From Octopus sinensis (Eukaryota): DNA of 64,000 nt. The notes under the pieces are model-generated. The model saw only the letters and a program-made list of their open reading frames with translations, had not been told where the DNA came from and did not search any database. The position numbers were made by a program, and so were the translations under genes. Within the stretch, counting starts at the first letter, position 1, and every line of letters begins with the position of its first letter. The stretch spans positions 8,494,001 through 8,558,000 of the forward strand of contig NC_043025.1 in the NCBI RefSeq assembly GCF_006345805.1, written 5' to 3'. Positions 50,521 to 63,708 of the stretch are shown here, one piece after another.

Positions 50521-50710
50521 CACACAAACACACCTGTACACACAAACACACCTGTACACACAAACACACCTGTACACACAAACACACCTGTACACACAAA
50601 CACACCTGTACACACAAACACACCTGTACACACAAACACACCTGTACACACAAACACACCTGTACACACAAACACACCTGTACACACAAACACACCTGTA
50701 CACACACACA
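50521..50710. repeat. 18-bp minisatellite (CACACAAACACACCTGTA) x10 at the end of a CA-rich tract starting near 49990
   Basis: Perfect tandem units visible. Confidence 0.95.
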
Positions 50711-50774
50711 GAAGCAAACACAGAATTAAAAATGGAGAAGGCATTCGAAGAAATTGATGGAGATGTCTACTGAC

Positions 50775-50876
50775 CTGGTCGATAAAAGAGAATCTAGCCT
50801 TTAGGTAGAGGTTGACCCCTACCTTGGCAGGGTGCAGCATATCGGGGTTCTGCAGGGCACACATCTCTGCAGCGGA
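50775..50876 (-). CDS. C2CD3: C2CD3 exon 4, SAAEMCALQNPDMLHPAKVGVNLYLKARFSFIDQ
   Basis: VGVN motif; ttacag / gtcagt; 102 bp phase 0/0. Confidence 0.88.
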
Positions 50877-53840
50877 CTGTAATGAACAAAAGAGAAGAAG
50901 GTGAGGTCACGAAAAATATATTAATGGCTATGTGAAAGGTTGGAAGCTGGCAGAATCATTAGCTTGCTGGGTAAAATGCCTAGCAGTATTTTGTCCCTCC
51001 TGACACTCACCATCATCATCATCATCATCTAACGTCCGTTGTCCACAATGGCATGGAATAGATGGTTTGACCAGGGCTGGTAAGCTCGAAGGCTGCACCA
51101 GATTCCAGTCTGATTTGGCATGGTTTCTAAAGCTGGATGCCCTTCCTAATGCCAACCCCTCTGAGTGGGTGCTTTTACATGCCACTGGCACGTGAGCCAG
51201 TTGTGTGACACCGGTACCTGCCACAACAAAGGCGACGAGCTGGCAGAAACGTTAGAGCGCCGGACGAAATGCTTAGTGGTATTTCGTCTGCCGTTACGTT
51301 CTGAGTTCAAATTCTGCTGAGGTCGACTTTGCCTTTCATCCTTTCGGGGTCGATTAAATAAGTACCAGTTTCGCACTGGCGTCGATGTAATCGACTTAAT
51401 CCCTATGTCTGTCCTTGTTTGTACCCTCTATGTTTAGCCCCTTGTGGGCAATAAAGAAATAGGTATCTGCCACAACTACGATTTCACTTGGCTTGATGGG
51501 TCTTCTTCTCAAGCATAGCATACGGCCAAAGGTTTTCGGTCACTTGTCATTGCCTCCATGAGGCCTAACGCTCAAAAGGTGCTTTTTCCAGAGACACTGG
51601 CATTGGCTACAAGGTCGATGTTACCTCTTGTCCTTTCAGGGTCAATAAAATAAGTACCAGTCGAAAACTGGGGTCAATGTAATCAGGTCATGTCGAGGCA
51701 GTGTAGCAGAGTAGGTTCATCAAAACAGTATGATCTCCAGCTCACAGCTTCCACATCAGACTGTGGTTGGATGGAGAGAAAATGCTGAGGGCCTCATCCT
51801 CTGATGGACTGAACATGGGCAATCCAATCCAATCCAATCCAATATGAAAGGGAAATAGGGAAAAACAGGGAAACAAAAACAAGGATGTACATGTGACACA
51901 AGGGGTGATATTCTGATATTATACTCTTTGTTTCAGTCACTGGACTGTGGCCATGCTGGGGCACCACCTTGAAGGGTATAGTCGAAGAAACTGACTTCCA
52001 GTACCTATTTTTTTAAAAGTCTGGTACTTATTCTAATTTCTTTATTGCCCACAAGGGGGCTAAACACAGAGGGGACAAACAAGGACAGACAAAGGGATTA
52101 AGTCGATTTCATCGGTCCCCAGTGCATAACTGGTACTTAATTTATCGCCCCCGAAAGGATGAAAGGCAAAGTCGACCTCGGTGGAATTTGACTCAGAACG
52201 TAACGACAGACGAAATACCTATTTCTTTACTACCCACAAGGGGCTAAACACAGAGAGGACAAACAAGGACAGACAAACGGATTAAGTCGATTACATCGAC
52301 CCCAGTGCGTAACTGGTACTTAATTTATCGCCCCCGAAAGGATGAAAGGCAAAGTTGACCTCGGCGGAATTTGAACTCAGAACGTAATGGCAGACGAAAT
52401 ACCGCTAAGCACTTCGCCCAGCATGCTAACACCTCTGCCAGCTTGCCGCCTTATTCTATCACTCACTTTTACAGAACTGCTAGATTATGGGGATGTAAAC
52501 AAACCAACAGCAGTTGTTGAGGTGGGAGAGGAGACAGATACAAACAGAAAGTCAGACACACATACATACATATGTGAAGTGCATTATGAATGTGAGTATA
52601 TGTATATATCATCATCATCAACATCATTTAGCGTCTGCTTTCCATGCTAGCATAGGTTGGACGGTTACAACTGGGGTCTGTGAAGCCAGAAGGCTGCACC
52701 AAGCCCAGTCTGATCTGGCAGTGTTTCTACAGCTGGATGCCCTTCCTAACGCCAACCACTCCGTGAGTGTAGTGGGTGCTTTTTACGTGCCACCCGCACA
52801 GGTGCCAGACGGGGCTGGCAAACGGCCACGGACGGATGGTGCTTTTTACGTGCCACCAGCACGGGGGCCAGGCGAGGCTGGCAACGGCCACGATCAGATG
52901 GTGCTTTTTATGAGCCACCGGCACGGGGGCCAGGCGAGGCTGGCAATGGCCACGAATGGATGGTGCTTTTTATGTGCCACCAGCACGGAGGCCAGTCGAG
53001 GCGGCACTGGCAATGGCCACGATCAGAAGGTTCTCTTATGTGCCACCGGCACTGGTATCACAGCTGCAATTTCCATTGATGTTGATCGACTTCGATTTTG
53101 GTTCTGCTTTCTGATATATATATATATATATATTCCGGCCTTTAGGCTTTTCCTTCATACACATCAGGTCAATTTGATTTGTTCTCAGTACAGACACGTG
53201 TTGTTTGTATTCCTAATTGTGTATTCTCTGTTTCTTTTGTTTCTTTGTTTTTTTGTCTTTGTTGCCATACACATTTGCTAGCTTTCTTACAAAGGGGTCT
53301 AATGCTCTTAGCTTAAATTTTTGCGGGGGCAACCAGATCAAATCATGTTAAATGTAACTGCCCGAAATGGTCATGACTTCTGGTACTTGACTGATGAAAA
53401 AAAAAGCCAAGAATGTCCCATCATTTTTTGCCTGTCCTTCTAATTGTTGTATCTCTTGTCTGCCTTTGTATCGTCTATCTGTCTGAAAACTTTAATCCCC
53501 TGTATTGTAGTTTTGTTCCATTTTTATATTTACACACACACACACATATATCTGTAAAATAATATGTGACAATTATTCGGTAGCCAAGATAAAACTCTGA
53601 GTTTTGGATGCCGAGGTGGAAATCCACAACACGATCTCTTCGGTTATCTGGCCGTCTGAAAAACTCAGAGTTTATCTTGGCTACCGAATAATTGTCACAT
53701 ATTATTTTACAGATAAATTTCCTATATTTACATAACATTGAGGTCTCTTTCTTTCTTTTGTTATCTTACCGTTTTTACCTATATATCTCTATATATATAT
53801 ATATATATCACCCTAGGATTTTTGGAAAACTCATATGTGT

Positions 53841-53929
53841 TTTGGCTGATGAATACGAGACACTTGTATTTGCTGCAATATTTGCAGCTTTTAATAAAGC
53901 TGTTCTTCGTATGAAACAATTGTACTGAA
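53841..53929 (+). ncRNA. Type I hammerhead motif with extended stem II
   Basis: uuugg CUGAUGA auacga...ucguau GAAA caauug UA cugaa. Confidence 0.7.
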
Positions 53930-54077
53930 CAACTAATCCATTCTTGTTGCTTTTTTCTTGTTTATAATCACCCCACATTATTTTATGGTTAATACCATAA
54001 AGAATTCTGGTGCATCTAAGTTAAGTACCATATTCATGTGAATTCATTGGAACACACTTGAATCTTAATTGTTTTAC

Positions 54078-54130
<53 letters not shown>

Positions 54131-54347
54131 GTGTGTGTGTATATGTATTCTTTTACTTGTTTCAGTCATCTGACTGCAGCCATGCTGAAGCACTATCATA
54201 AAGGGTTTTGGGGTTTTTAGTTGAAGAAATCAACCCCATCTCTTTTGCTAAACCATTAGGTTATGGAGAAATAAACATCAACACTGGTTGTCAAGCAGTG
54301 ATGGGAGGACAAACACAGACAGACACACACATAAATATATATATATA

Positions 54348-54740
54348 CTAGCTGTATCGCCCGGCGTTGCTCGGGTTTGTAAGGGAAATAACTATGTAAG
54401 CATTTTTAGAGATGTAAAGTATAATAGCCATCTCAATATGGCTAACCACAAAGTGGTGTTACTGTAGCTTTTTACGTTCTGAGATTTAATAATAAATTTT
54501 TAGAGAGTTACTTCCCTTATATAATAGCAAAAAAATGCATTAAAAATGGGAAAAAATGATGGTAAATTTTTTTTTAAATCGTAGACTCATCGTAGACGTG
54601 CGCTAATACCCAGAAGGCCTCGATATGAATCATGACTATAAGATACCCGCTTTTGGTTACACTGCACCGCAAAATGTGGGAGTAGTTAGGAATCTAAATC
54701 GTAGGAGACAGACAAACAACTTGACTTTTATATATAAAGA
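54348..54740 (-). mobile_element. Non-autonomous Helitron, family H1
   Basis: Same termini and body as 26641-27144. Confidence 0.8.
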
Positions 54741-55599
54741 TATATGTGTTGTTGGTATCCTTTTGTCTTGGGAGACAATGGAGTTGCGCATAAACTAATC
54801 CAGTCTGGTTTTTACATTTCATGTCCTCTCCAGTTTTGCGCAGGTCTGGGCTAGATGTAAGGAAATCCTGGTTAGCCCAATCGTCAGGATTCCTCACTCG
54901 ACCTTGCTGACGTAGTCCAAAGGAGTGCAGAGCATTACATTTGGCACCAGCTTGGGAGTTGCCGAAAGAGTGTTGAGTCGAACACTAAACCACCTACGGG
55001 GCTCTGTCCGGGTACTGTCAGCTGGAGCCAGCTGAGCCCGGGACTCGTGTCAGGCAGGGTCGTCATTCCCTGAAGTAGTGAAGAAAATCGCTACCCACTA
55101 CCTACACACACGCACACATACGACAGGCTTCTTTCAGTTTCCATCTACCAAATCCACTAACAGGACTTTGGTCAGCCTGAGGCTATTGCAGAAGATATTT
55201 GCCCAAAGTGCTGCACAGTGGGACTGAACCCGGAACCATGTGGTTGAGAAGCAAGTTTCTTACCGCACAGCCATGCCTGCCCCTATGTATGTACGTATGT
55301 ATGTTTATGTATATTCATATGTACATATATATGTGTGTCTTTGTGTTTCTTTGGCTTCTACCACATGACAACCAGTGTTGGTTTGTTTAGTGGTTAGCTC
55401 AGTGGTTCAAACCAATAAGATATGTACCAGACTTTAAAAATATGTATTTTAAGTTGATTTGCTCAACTAAACCCTTTGACGCTGTGCTCCAGCATGGCCA
55501 CAGATCAACGACTGAAACAAGTAAAAGAATAAAAGATTATTATTAGCTGCAATAACAAGGCAATAGAGAGAAGGAGAGAAAGAGGTTATAAAGTCTTAC

Positions 55600-55686
55600 C
55601 TGAAGCCCACACGTGCGAAGGATACCAACACAGATGTAAGTAAAAGGGGATTCAGAGGTAGTGGTGATTGGTGGTTGATTGGTCAA
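55600..55686 (-). CDS. C2CD3: C2CD3 exon 3, LTNQPP...ICVGILRTCGLQ
   Basis: I.R.CGLQ C2 start motif; tgccag / gtaaga; 87 bp phase 0/0. Confidence 0.87.
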
Positions 55687-56429
55687 CTGGCAGGGGATTC
55701 AAAAGAACAAAATAAAGGAAACAGGTGTAAAGAATAAAGAATTAAGGAATTGTTTCTTTTTTTCATAACAAATTTACAAAAATTATGACACAATCCAAAC
55801 CACCGTTAGCTATATATGTGTATGTGTATGTGTGTGTGTGCATGTGTACATATATATACATCATGATCATCGCTTAACATCTGATTTCCATGCTAGCATG
55901 GGTTGGATCTGGCAGTGTTTCTACAGCTGGATGCCCTTGCTAATGCCAACCACTCCGTGAGTGCAGTGGGTGCTTTTTATGTGCCACCGGCACAGGTGCC
56001 AGGCGAGGCTGGCAAACGTCCACGATCGGATGGTGCTTTTTATGTGCCACTGGCACGGAGGCCAGGTGAGGCTGGCAAACGGCCACGATCGGATGATGCT
56101 TTTTACATGCCACCGGCACGGAAGCCAATCAGGGCGGCACTGGCACGTCCGTTTTCCATGCTAGCATGGGTTGGATGGTTCAACCATGGTCTGGAAAGCC
56201 AGGAGGCTGCACCAGGCTCCTGTCTGATATGGCAGTGTTTCTACAGCTGAATTGCCAGAGGAGGCTGGCAAACGGCCACGATAAGTTGGTGCTTTTTACG
56301 TGTCATATATATAACTGTGAATTTTATTCTCCTATCTGTATTCCTCTATCTACTTTTACCCTTTTTTCTTCTCTTTTATTACTTCTGAACTGTGAACTTC
56401 CATCTAGAACTTTCATACATACTCACCTT

Positions 56430-56505
56430 GTCTCTGATGATGGAACACCCAGTGTACAGACATGTTAGCCTATCACTCGGGATATCCCAGAAACAGCTGT
56501 AAGAC
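56430..56505 (+). ncRNA. Type I hammerhead motif with extended stem II
   Basis: gucu CUGAUGA ugg...ccca GAAA cagcug UA agac; same stems I and III as 27822. Confidence 0.65.
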
Positions 56506-57315
56506 TTCAAATTCACCTTACCCTAATTAAATTATTCTAAATGACTTGAGATACTCATCCTGCCTTGGTTTTTGTTGTCCATTTTCCTCTAATATAATAT
56601 ATACCTGCTAACACAGAAGCCTAATATGGACACTTACTTGTACTTGTGGCGACATTCACCCTGGGCGGGCTGAGTCGGCTTCTTCTTTGGAAGAAGTTTC
56701 ATGGGAATATGTGGATTTCACAAGTGGTCCCCAACAATCCTGCATGTAGGGACATCCTGTTTGCCACAGATTGTCCGCAGATGCAGGGACAGAATGACCG
56801 AGGAGCCGCCGGTTGCCGAAACAGACACTCCGAGGATTTTCACCAGGTTGTGGCCCTAATACCACTCGGTGTCAGACCAATCCGTCTTGAGTGGCCCTAC
56901 CAGGAACCGAAGTTCCCGACGGCATAGCTCTGACACTACCCGTTGCCAGCGTCCCCATCACGGTGAAGAGGGGATGGACTTTGGGGACACAAACAGACAC
57001 TCCGAAGATTTTCACCAGAGCCCCGTCTGCCGGGTTGTGGCCCTAATACCACTCGGTGTCAGACCAATCCGCCTTGGGTGGCCCTACCAGGAACCGAAGT
57101 TCCTGATGGCATAGCTCTGACACTACCCGTTGCCAGCGTCCCCACCACGGTGAAGAGGGGATAGACTTTGGGGTACCTTACCCTGAATATGGATCCCTAG
57201 CTCCAGCTTCAGCTGTGAACTTGGAACCTAAAGGATGACCAATCATAGCACTTACTTAGTGTACCTATTCATTTAGATCACCAGCGAACTAAACTCCTCA
57301 TCTTCTTTATATATA

Positions 57316-58345
57316 TCATCATCATTATCATCATCGTTGTCGTTAAATGTCCACTTTCCATGCTGGCATGGGTTGGATGGTTTGACTGAGGACTGGCAAG
57401 CCAAAAGGCTGCTCCAGGCTACACTTTGATCTGGCAAGGTTTCTACAGCTGGATGCCCTTCCTAACATCATCCACTCCAAGAGTGTTGTGGGTGCTTTTT
57501 ATGTGCCACGGGCACAAGGGCCAGTCAGGCAGTACTGGTATTAATCACACTTGAATGGTGCATTTTACTTGCCACCAGAACGGGAGCCAGTCAAGCAGCA
57601 CTGTCAACGACCCATGCTCAAATGGTGCTATTGGCACAGTAGCCAGTTAGGCGGCACTGGCAATGACTACACCTAATTGGTGCTTTTTATGTGCCACCAG
57701 CATGGGTGCCAGTCAGGCGGTACTGGCATCGGCCATGACAATGACTTCACTTGACTCACCAGGTCTTTGCAAGCACAGTTTATTACAAAATGATTGAAGG
57801 GTACTCTTAAATGGGTCGGTTGTGCTGCACTGGCATAGGCCATGGTTACAGTCTCACTTCGCTTGCCGGGTCTTCTCAAGCACAGCATATCTCCAAAGGT
57901 CATGGTCTCCAGTCGTTGCCTCCATGAGGCCCAACGTTCGACAGTCGTGCTTCACCACCTCATCCCAGATCTTCCTGGGTCTACCTCTTCCAGTTTCCGT
58001 CAACCACTAGGGTGTGACACTTTTTCACATAGCTGTCCTCATCCATTCTCACCACATGACCATACCAGTGCAGTCATCTCTCTTGCACACCACATTTGAT
58101 GCTTCTCATGTCCAACTTTTCTCTCAGGACGCTTACACTCTGTCGTGTATGCACACTGACATTACCCATCCAGCAGAGCATACTAGCTTCATTTCTTGCA
58201 AGCTTACGCATGTCCTCAGCAATCACAGCCCATGTTTCACTGCCATGTAGCATGGCTGTTTGCACACATGCATCATACAGTCTACCTTTTACTCTGAGTG
58301 AGAGGCCCTTTGTCACTAGCAGAGATAGGAGCCCTCTGAACTTAT
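57316..58345 (-). mobile_element. 5'-truncated RTE-clade LINE: ORF2 C-terminus, 3' UTR and (GAT)n tail
   Basis: KGRLYDACVQTAMLHGSETW...LREKL...RGRPRK.W.EVVKHD...WRYAV translation runs into the ubiquitous aggaagggcatccagctgtagaaac tail. Confidence 0.85.
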
Positions 58346-60036
58346 ATATACTCTTTACTCTTTTACTTGTTTCAGTCATTTGACTGCGGCCATGCTGGAG
58401 CACCGCCTTTAGTCGAGCAAATCGACCCCGGAACTTATTCTTTGTAAGCCCAGTACTTATTCTATCGGTCTCTTAAGCCAAACCGCTAAGTGACGGAGAC
58501 GTAAACACACCAGCATCGGTTGTCAAGCAATGCTAGGGGGACAAACACAGACACACAAACACACACCTGCATACATATATATATATACATATATACGATG
58601 GGCTTCTTTCAGTTTCCATCTACCAAATCCACTCACAAGGCATTATTCGGCCCGGGGCTATAGCAGAAGACACTTGTCTAAGATGCCACACAGTGGGACT
58701 GAACCCGGAACCATGTGGTTGGTTAGCAAGCTACTTGCCACGCAGCCACTCCTGCGCCTATATATATATATATCTATATATACACACACACTAGACTACC
58801 CATGATCCATTGTGTCACTGGGAAAGTCTGAGTTTCCCAGGAACAGAGTTTTGTTTTGTGGATGTTTTTTTATCCAGGTTTCAAGAAATGTGACATCGGA
58901 ATCATGTGTGAATGGCTCCTTTCCTCAGAAAAGGAAAGATTTGGCTATTTCTTGCATGCCCTGCTACCACATAACAGGTATTTGGGTCCTTTATCGCAAA
59001 TAGCCATTATGTAGTAGCAGGGCATGCTAGAAATAGCAACCAAATCTTGGAGGTGAGCCATGTTGAATGCACTTGAAAAAACCTACAGAAAAAAATTACG
59101 AACAGGTCTTCTACGAAATATTTACCGTATTTTTAAAGTCATTTTCACTTTAAAATATTTTTTAAATATGTCCCAAAAATGTTTGTAATGGCATTCAATT
59201 GAAAATAATTGAACAAAATATAAAAATATTGTCTGTTTAAAGAAAGTTAAAATATAAATATTTACTGTACAAACAACTTACACTTTTGAAATCACATTCA
59301 CTTAATAATATTTTTAAATGATTAAAATAGTGTTTAACAAAAGCAAAAGTCAGTGTCTAATCGAAAGATAAGGGTTTCTTCCTTTCAGGATTAAGATTAT
59401 TTTCAGAATATTTTTCCATTATGCACCAGTTTCCATATTTATAACCTGAAAACCTCTATCTTAAAAACCACTTGTCCAATTCATGTGAAACTTGTTTTAT
59501 TCAATTCATATTCACATTTCAGGGGCAACCTAATTCACAGTATTTTCCCATTATGCACCAGTTTGGCTGGGTAACATTGCAAGCAAGATTCAAGCTCACT
59601 TTTAATGGATTGTAGATATACATCTTTTATCTTTTACTTGTTTCAGTCATTAGACTGTGACTATGCGGGGGCACCACCTTGAAAAAGTTTTAAATAAACA
59701 AATCAACTCCAGCTATTTTACCAGTCTCTTTTGCTGAACCGTTAGGTTACAGGGATGTAAACACACCAACACCAGTCATCAAGTGGTGGTGATGGTGGGG
59801 ACAAACACAGACACAAAGACACACTCATATGTGTATGTATATATATATATATGAAGCAGGCTTCTTTCAGATTCTGTCTACCAAATCCATTCACAAGGCT
59901 TTGGCTGTCCTGAGGTTAAGTAGAAGACACTTGCCCCAGGTGCAACACAGTGGGACCGAATCTGGAACCATGTGGTTGGGAGACAAGCTTCTTACCACGC
60001 AACCATACCTGCGCCTAGATATATTGGTGTGTGTGT

Positions 60037-60088
<52 letters not shown>

Positions 60089-60716
60089 ACACTGCCAGAT
60101 CAGACTGGGCCTGATGCAGCCTTCTGGCTTCACAGACCCCAGTTGAACCGTCCAACCCATGCTAGCATGGAAAGTAGACGCTAAATGATTGACTTCAACA
60201 TTTAAGCCGTTTGATTGACTTCAACATTTAAGTTTAATTTGTCAAAATATTTTCGTCACTTTAAGACCGCGACCTGTTCACTGACAAAAATCTGTGCTAT
60301 ATCTCGGATTTTTGTCAGTGAACAGGTCGCGGTCTTAAAGCGACGAAAATATTTTGACAAATTAAACTTAAATGTTGAAGTGAATCGAACGGCTTTTGTG
60401 TGTTTCTTAAATGGCTTACAAACACCTTCCACGCTGCAATTGTTTTCGTTCCAGCACATCATCTCAGATCAAATCACTTGCTATGCAAGTACATCTCCCT
60501 ATATATATATATACAACTCAAGACAAAAGCAACAACACGAGGACGTGTTACATGCAAAGTATTAGGGGACGCTCAGGGAGGGAAAGAAAGGTAGTTTTAC
60601 ATTTTGAGCAAAAGCTCTTCTTCAGAAACAGGAGACAGAGTAAAGTTCAAGAGAAATGGAAGACAGAGGAGAAAAACTGCCACAGACTGAAACAGATGAA
60701 AAGTAATAATTCTTAC

Positions 60717-60770
60717 CTGTTTCACATGGGTTTTATACCTGATAACAACGTTCAGGTCTCCAGCGGTTAC
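60717..60770 (-). CDS. C2CD3: C2CD3 exon 2, VTAGDLNVVIRYKTHVKQ
   Basis: G.L.V..RY terminal C2 strand; tttcag / gtaaga; 54 bp phase 0/0. Confidence 0.82.
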
Positions 60771-62193
60771 CTGAAAGTAAAAAACAACAATATTTGGAAA
60801 CATAAAAAACAGCAACATCACCAACATTAAACAGGCTTCCATGCAGTCACTTAAATGACTAAAAATAGCAGCCAAATCACCCTTATAAAATACACCTTAC
60901 TCTCCCAGAAAAGAAGGATATATTGATCAAAATGATCAGTCAGTCATTTGTGTCGCTATCTGGTATTTACAGAGAAGAGGGCTCAGATTTGATGCAAGGG
61001 TGACTGAGAAGGCATTCAGTAGTGATTATTGTGAGTTAATTCTGATGTCCAGGCAAGCTCTATAGATACTTTGGAGCAGAAGTTATCCAGAAGGCATTAT
61101 CACCAATGACAGCAGCAGGATAGCACCTCAGCCCTTTATTCAATGATACAGCTGTTTCAATTCTTGAATTTTTCAGTGAAGCATAATCTACATTTTTATC
61201 GTTCTCTGGGGCAGCTCTGTTCACAATGATGCTAGTCATTACGGTGCATGCAGAACAGTAATTCCTTAGTTTCAAGACAAATTGGAATTAAAAGGTAAAG
61301 TTCTCCTGGTTTCTCTACTTGAAAGTGTATAAATGTGTTTGCGGTAAGTACCATATACTTCCTCTCAATAACATCAGAGGCTGGTATATATATTGTATGT
61401 GGTGGGGTCTGCTTTAGGGACACATGATATTCTAAATGTTAAGAATAAGAGAATTTCTGAAGTTACAAAATGGTTGTTGAGTTGGGAGCCATCTGTATTA
61501 TATTTTAGGTTGTAGTGTACAACCAGCAAAAAAAGTATTATTCAGGCAAGAATAGCTGATCTTAATGTTATTAGTATTGAAGAGTGTGTTGTATTTATGT
61601 CTAAACGTGAAGTAGTGTTTTACTAGCGGTTAAATGCTGGTAGTTACAATTATTTCAAACAGTGGATTGAACCAGATTACTTTCTTCTTCCTGGTTCTGC
61701 TGCTCTGAAAAGAGCAATTCCTTGGCTATTAGTTTCTCACTTAAACCACTTCTTGCTAGCATCATTTTAATAGAGGGTGGCTCTGTTGAAAATGACCCTG
61801 TCCAAGAACATGTCTGAAACTTTCCTAATTATACTATCTTCCAGATTCTTAATTATGGAAGAGGGGTGACTGGAATTTTGGTGTGTGTAGTTTCATTCAT
61901 CCTCATCATCATCATCGTTTAACGTCTGCTTTCCATGCTAGCATGGGTTGGACGGTTTGACTGAGGGCTGGCGAAGCAGATGGCTGCACCAGGCTCCAGT
62001 CTTGATCTGGCAGAGTTTCTACAGCTGGATCATTGCTTGGCATTATATAGGAATAGTTTTTGTCTGTGAGTACAATTAATGTAATATTTTAGAATTTATT
62101 ATATCATGATCATGGTCATCATCATTATGCATGTGTGTGTGTGCACATGTTTAAAATTAAAATCTGAGGAGCATATGACAATTTGTATATATA

Positions 62194-62579
62194 CTAGCAC
62201 TATGACCCGGTGTTGCTGGGTCATAGTGCTAGTGCATGCACATACAGCTGCATGCGTGCGCACATACACGCGAGTACTGTCCAAATCTCCGACCAATCCC
62301 ATACAGCTAGCTGGCATTCAATTGGCGTATCAAGTTTCGGGCATTTTGATTGGGTTTGGGATAGAAAATTCACAAAAAAGTCACTTCTATTGATTTTTTA
62401 ATGGCTTTGCAGGGTGACTGGGGAAATGTAAAGATGTGCACGACCACCCTTGGACGGTTTTGAATATCCATAGAAAGTGCGAGCCCTCTAACTGAAAAAT
62501 TGTGGATTTGTATAAAGGACACACACACACACATGCACACACAGACAGACATTTTGCTGTTTATATATATAGAGAGAGA
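62194..62579 (-). mobile_element. Non-autonomous Helitron, family H2
   Basis: Near-identical to 12538-12899; TC...CTAG termini, terminal hairpin. Confidence 0.8.
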
Positions 62580-63336
62580 TATATGTGTATAGTGTATATA
62601 TGTATGTGTGTGTATGTATGTGTGTGTGTGTATATGTATGTATGTATGTGTGTATGTAATGAAGTATCAACGTCAATCATTCTTTCATTTACACATGACT
62701 GAATGCATGAATGACCTTGATACACACACACACACACACACATACTTACATAGATATACACACAGGAGTGGCTGTGTGGTAAGTAGCTTGCTTACCAACC
62801 ACATGGTTCCGGGTTCAGTCCCACTGCGTGGCATCTTGGGCAAGTGTCTTTTGCTATAGCCCCAGGCCGACCAATGCCTTGTGAGTGGATTTGGTAGAAG
62901 GAAACTGAAAGAAGCCTGTCGTATATATGTATATTTATATGTGTGTGTATGTTTGTGTGTCTGTGTTTGTTTACCTAGCATTGCTTGACAACCGATGCTG
63001 GTGTGTTTACGTCCCCGTCACTTAGCGGTTCGGCAAAAAGAGACCGATAGAATAAGTACTGGGCTTACAAAGAATAAGTCCCGGGGTCGATTTGCTCGAC
63101 TAAAGGCAGTGCTCCAGCATGGCCGCAGTCAAATGACTGGAACAAGTAAAAATGAGAGTAAAGAGAAACACAACTATATATACACGTACAAACACAGAAA
63201 TATATATACACATTCAAACACATACATACGTATACACACATACAGCAGTATATAGCAAATATATGAGTCAGTGCCAGGAATAGATTTGAGAAGGGGGGTG
63301 GCGAAGGGAAGATGCACGGAAAAGAAAAGCACTCAC

Positions 63337-63462
63337 CGATTCACAGGTACTCGTTTGTGTATCAGTCGTTACCATGGTGAGGGGGAGTTTGAATTTCTGC
63401 GTCAAAGGTTCTTGCTTGTACATTGAAATCATTGCACACAGCTTCACTAGGGGCAACATTGC
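63337..63462 (-). CDS. C2CD3: C2CD3 exon 1 in window (internal exon; gene continues past 64000), AMLPLVKLCAMISMYKQEPLTQKFKLPL...
   Basis: ttcctag / gtgagt; 126 bp; LPL...CAM....Q.F.LPL pattern. Confidence 0.85.
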
Positions 63463-63523
63463 CTAGGAAAGAGAGGGAGACAGAAATGGAAAGAAATATA
63501 CATATTTATTAAAGTGTAACTGA

Positions 63524-63584
<61 letters not shown>

Positions 63585-63673
63585 TAATCCAAACAAGAAA
63601 ACACAAAAAAAACACAGCAACGCAAGGACGTGGAACAAATATAGTATTATTGGATGCTCAGGAAAGAAGGAGG

Positions 63674-63708
63674 GTTTAACGTTTCGAGCGGAGCTCTTCG
63701 TCGGAAAC
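63674..63708 (-). ncRNA. Minimal hammerhead motif, CCGACGA core variant
   Basis: guuu CCGACGA a gagc-ucc-gcuc GAAA cg UU aaac. Confidence 0.55.

Noticed and set aside
53285-53400. Possible further hammerhead (cccGAAAtggTC; ctgatgaaa)
   Set aside because: Core elements are in the wrong order or unpaired; not supportable.
56640-57290. GC-richer segment with a roughly 175-bp direct duplication and short ORFs
   Set aside because: Probably a retroelement 5' fragment, but I cannot assign it; no splice-compatible frame.
60900-61860. Possible decayed LINE coding relic or extra exon
   Set aside because: Many stops and no motif I can name confidently; exons 1 and 2 join without it.
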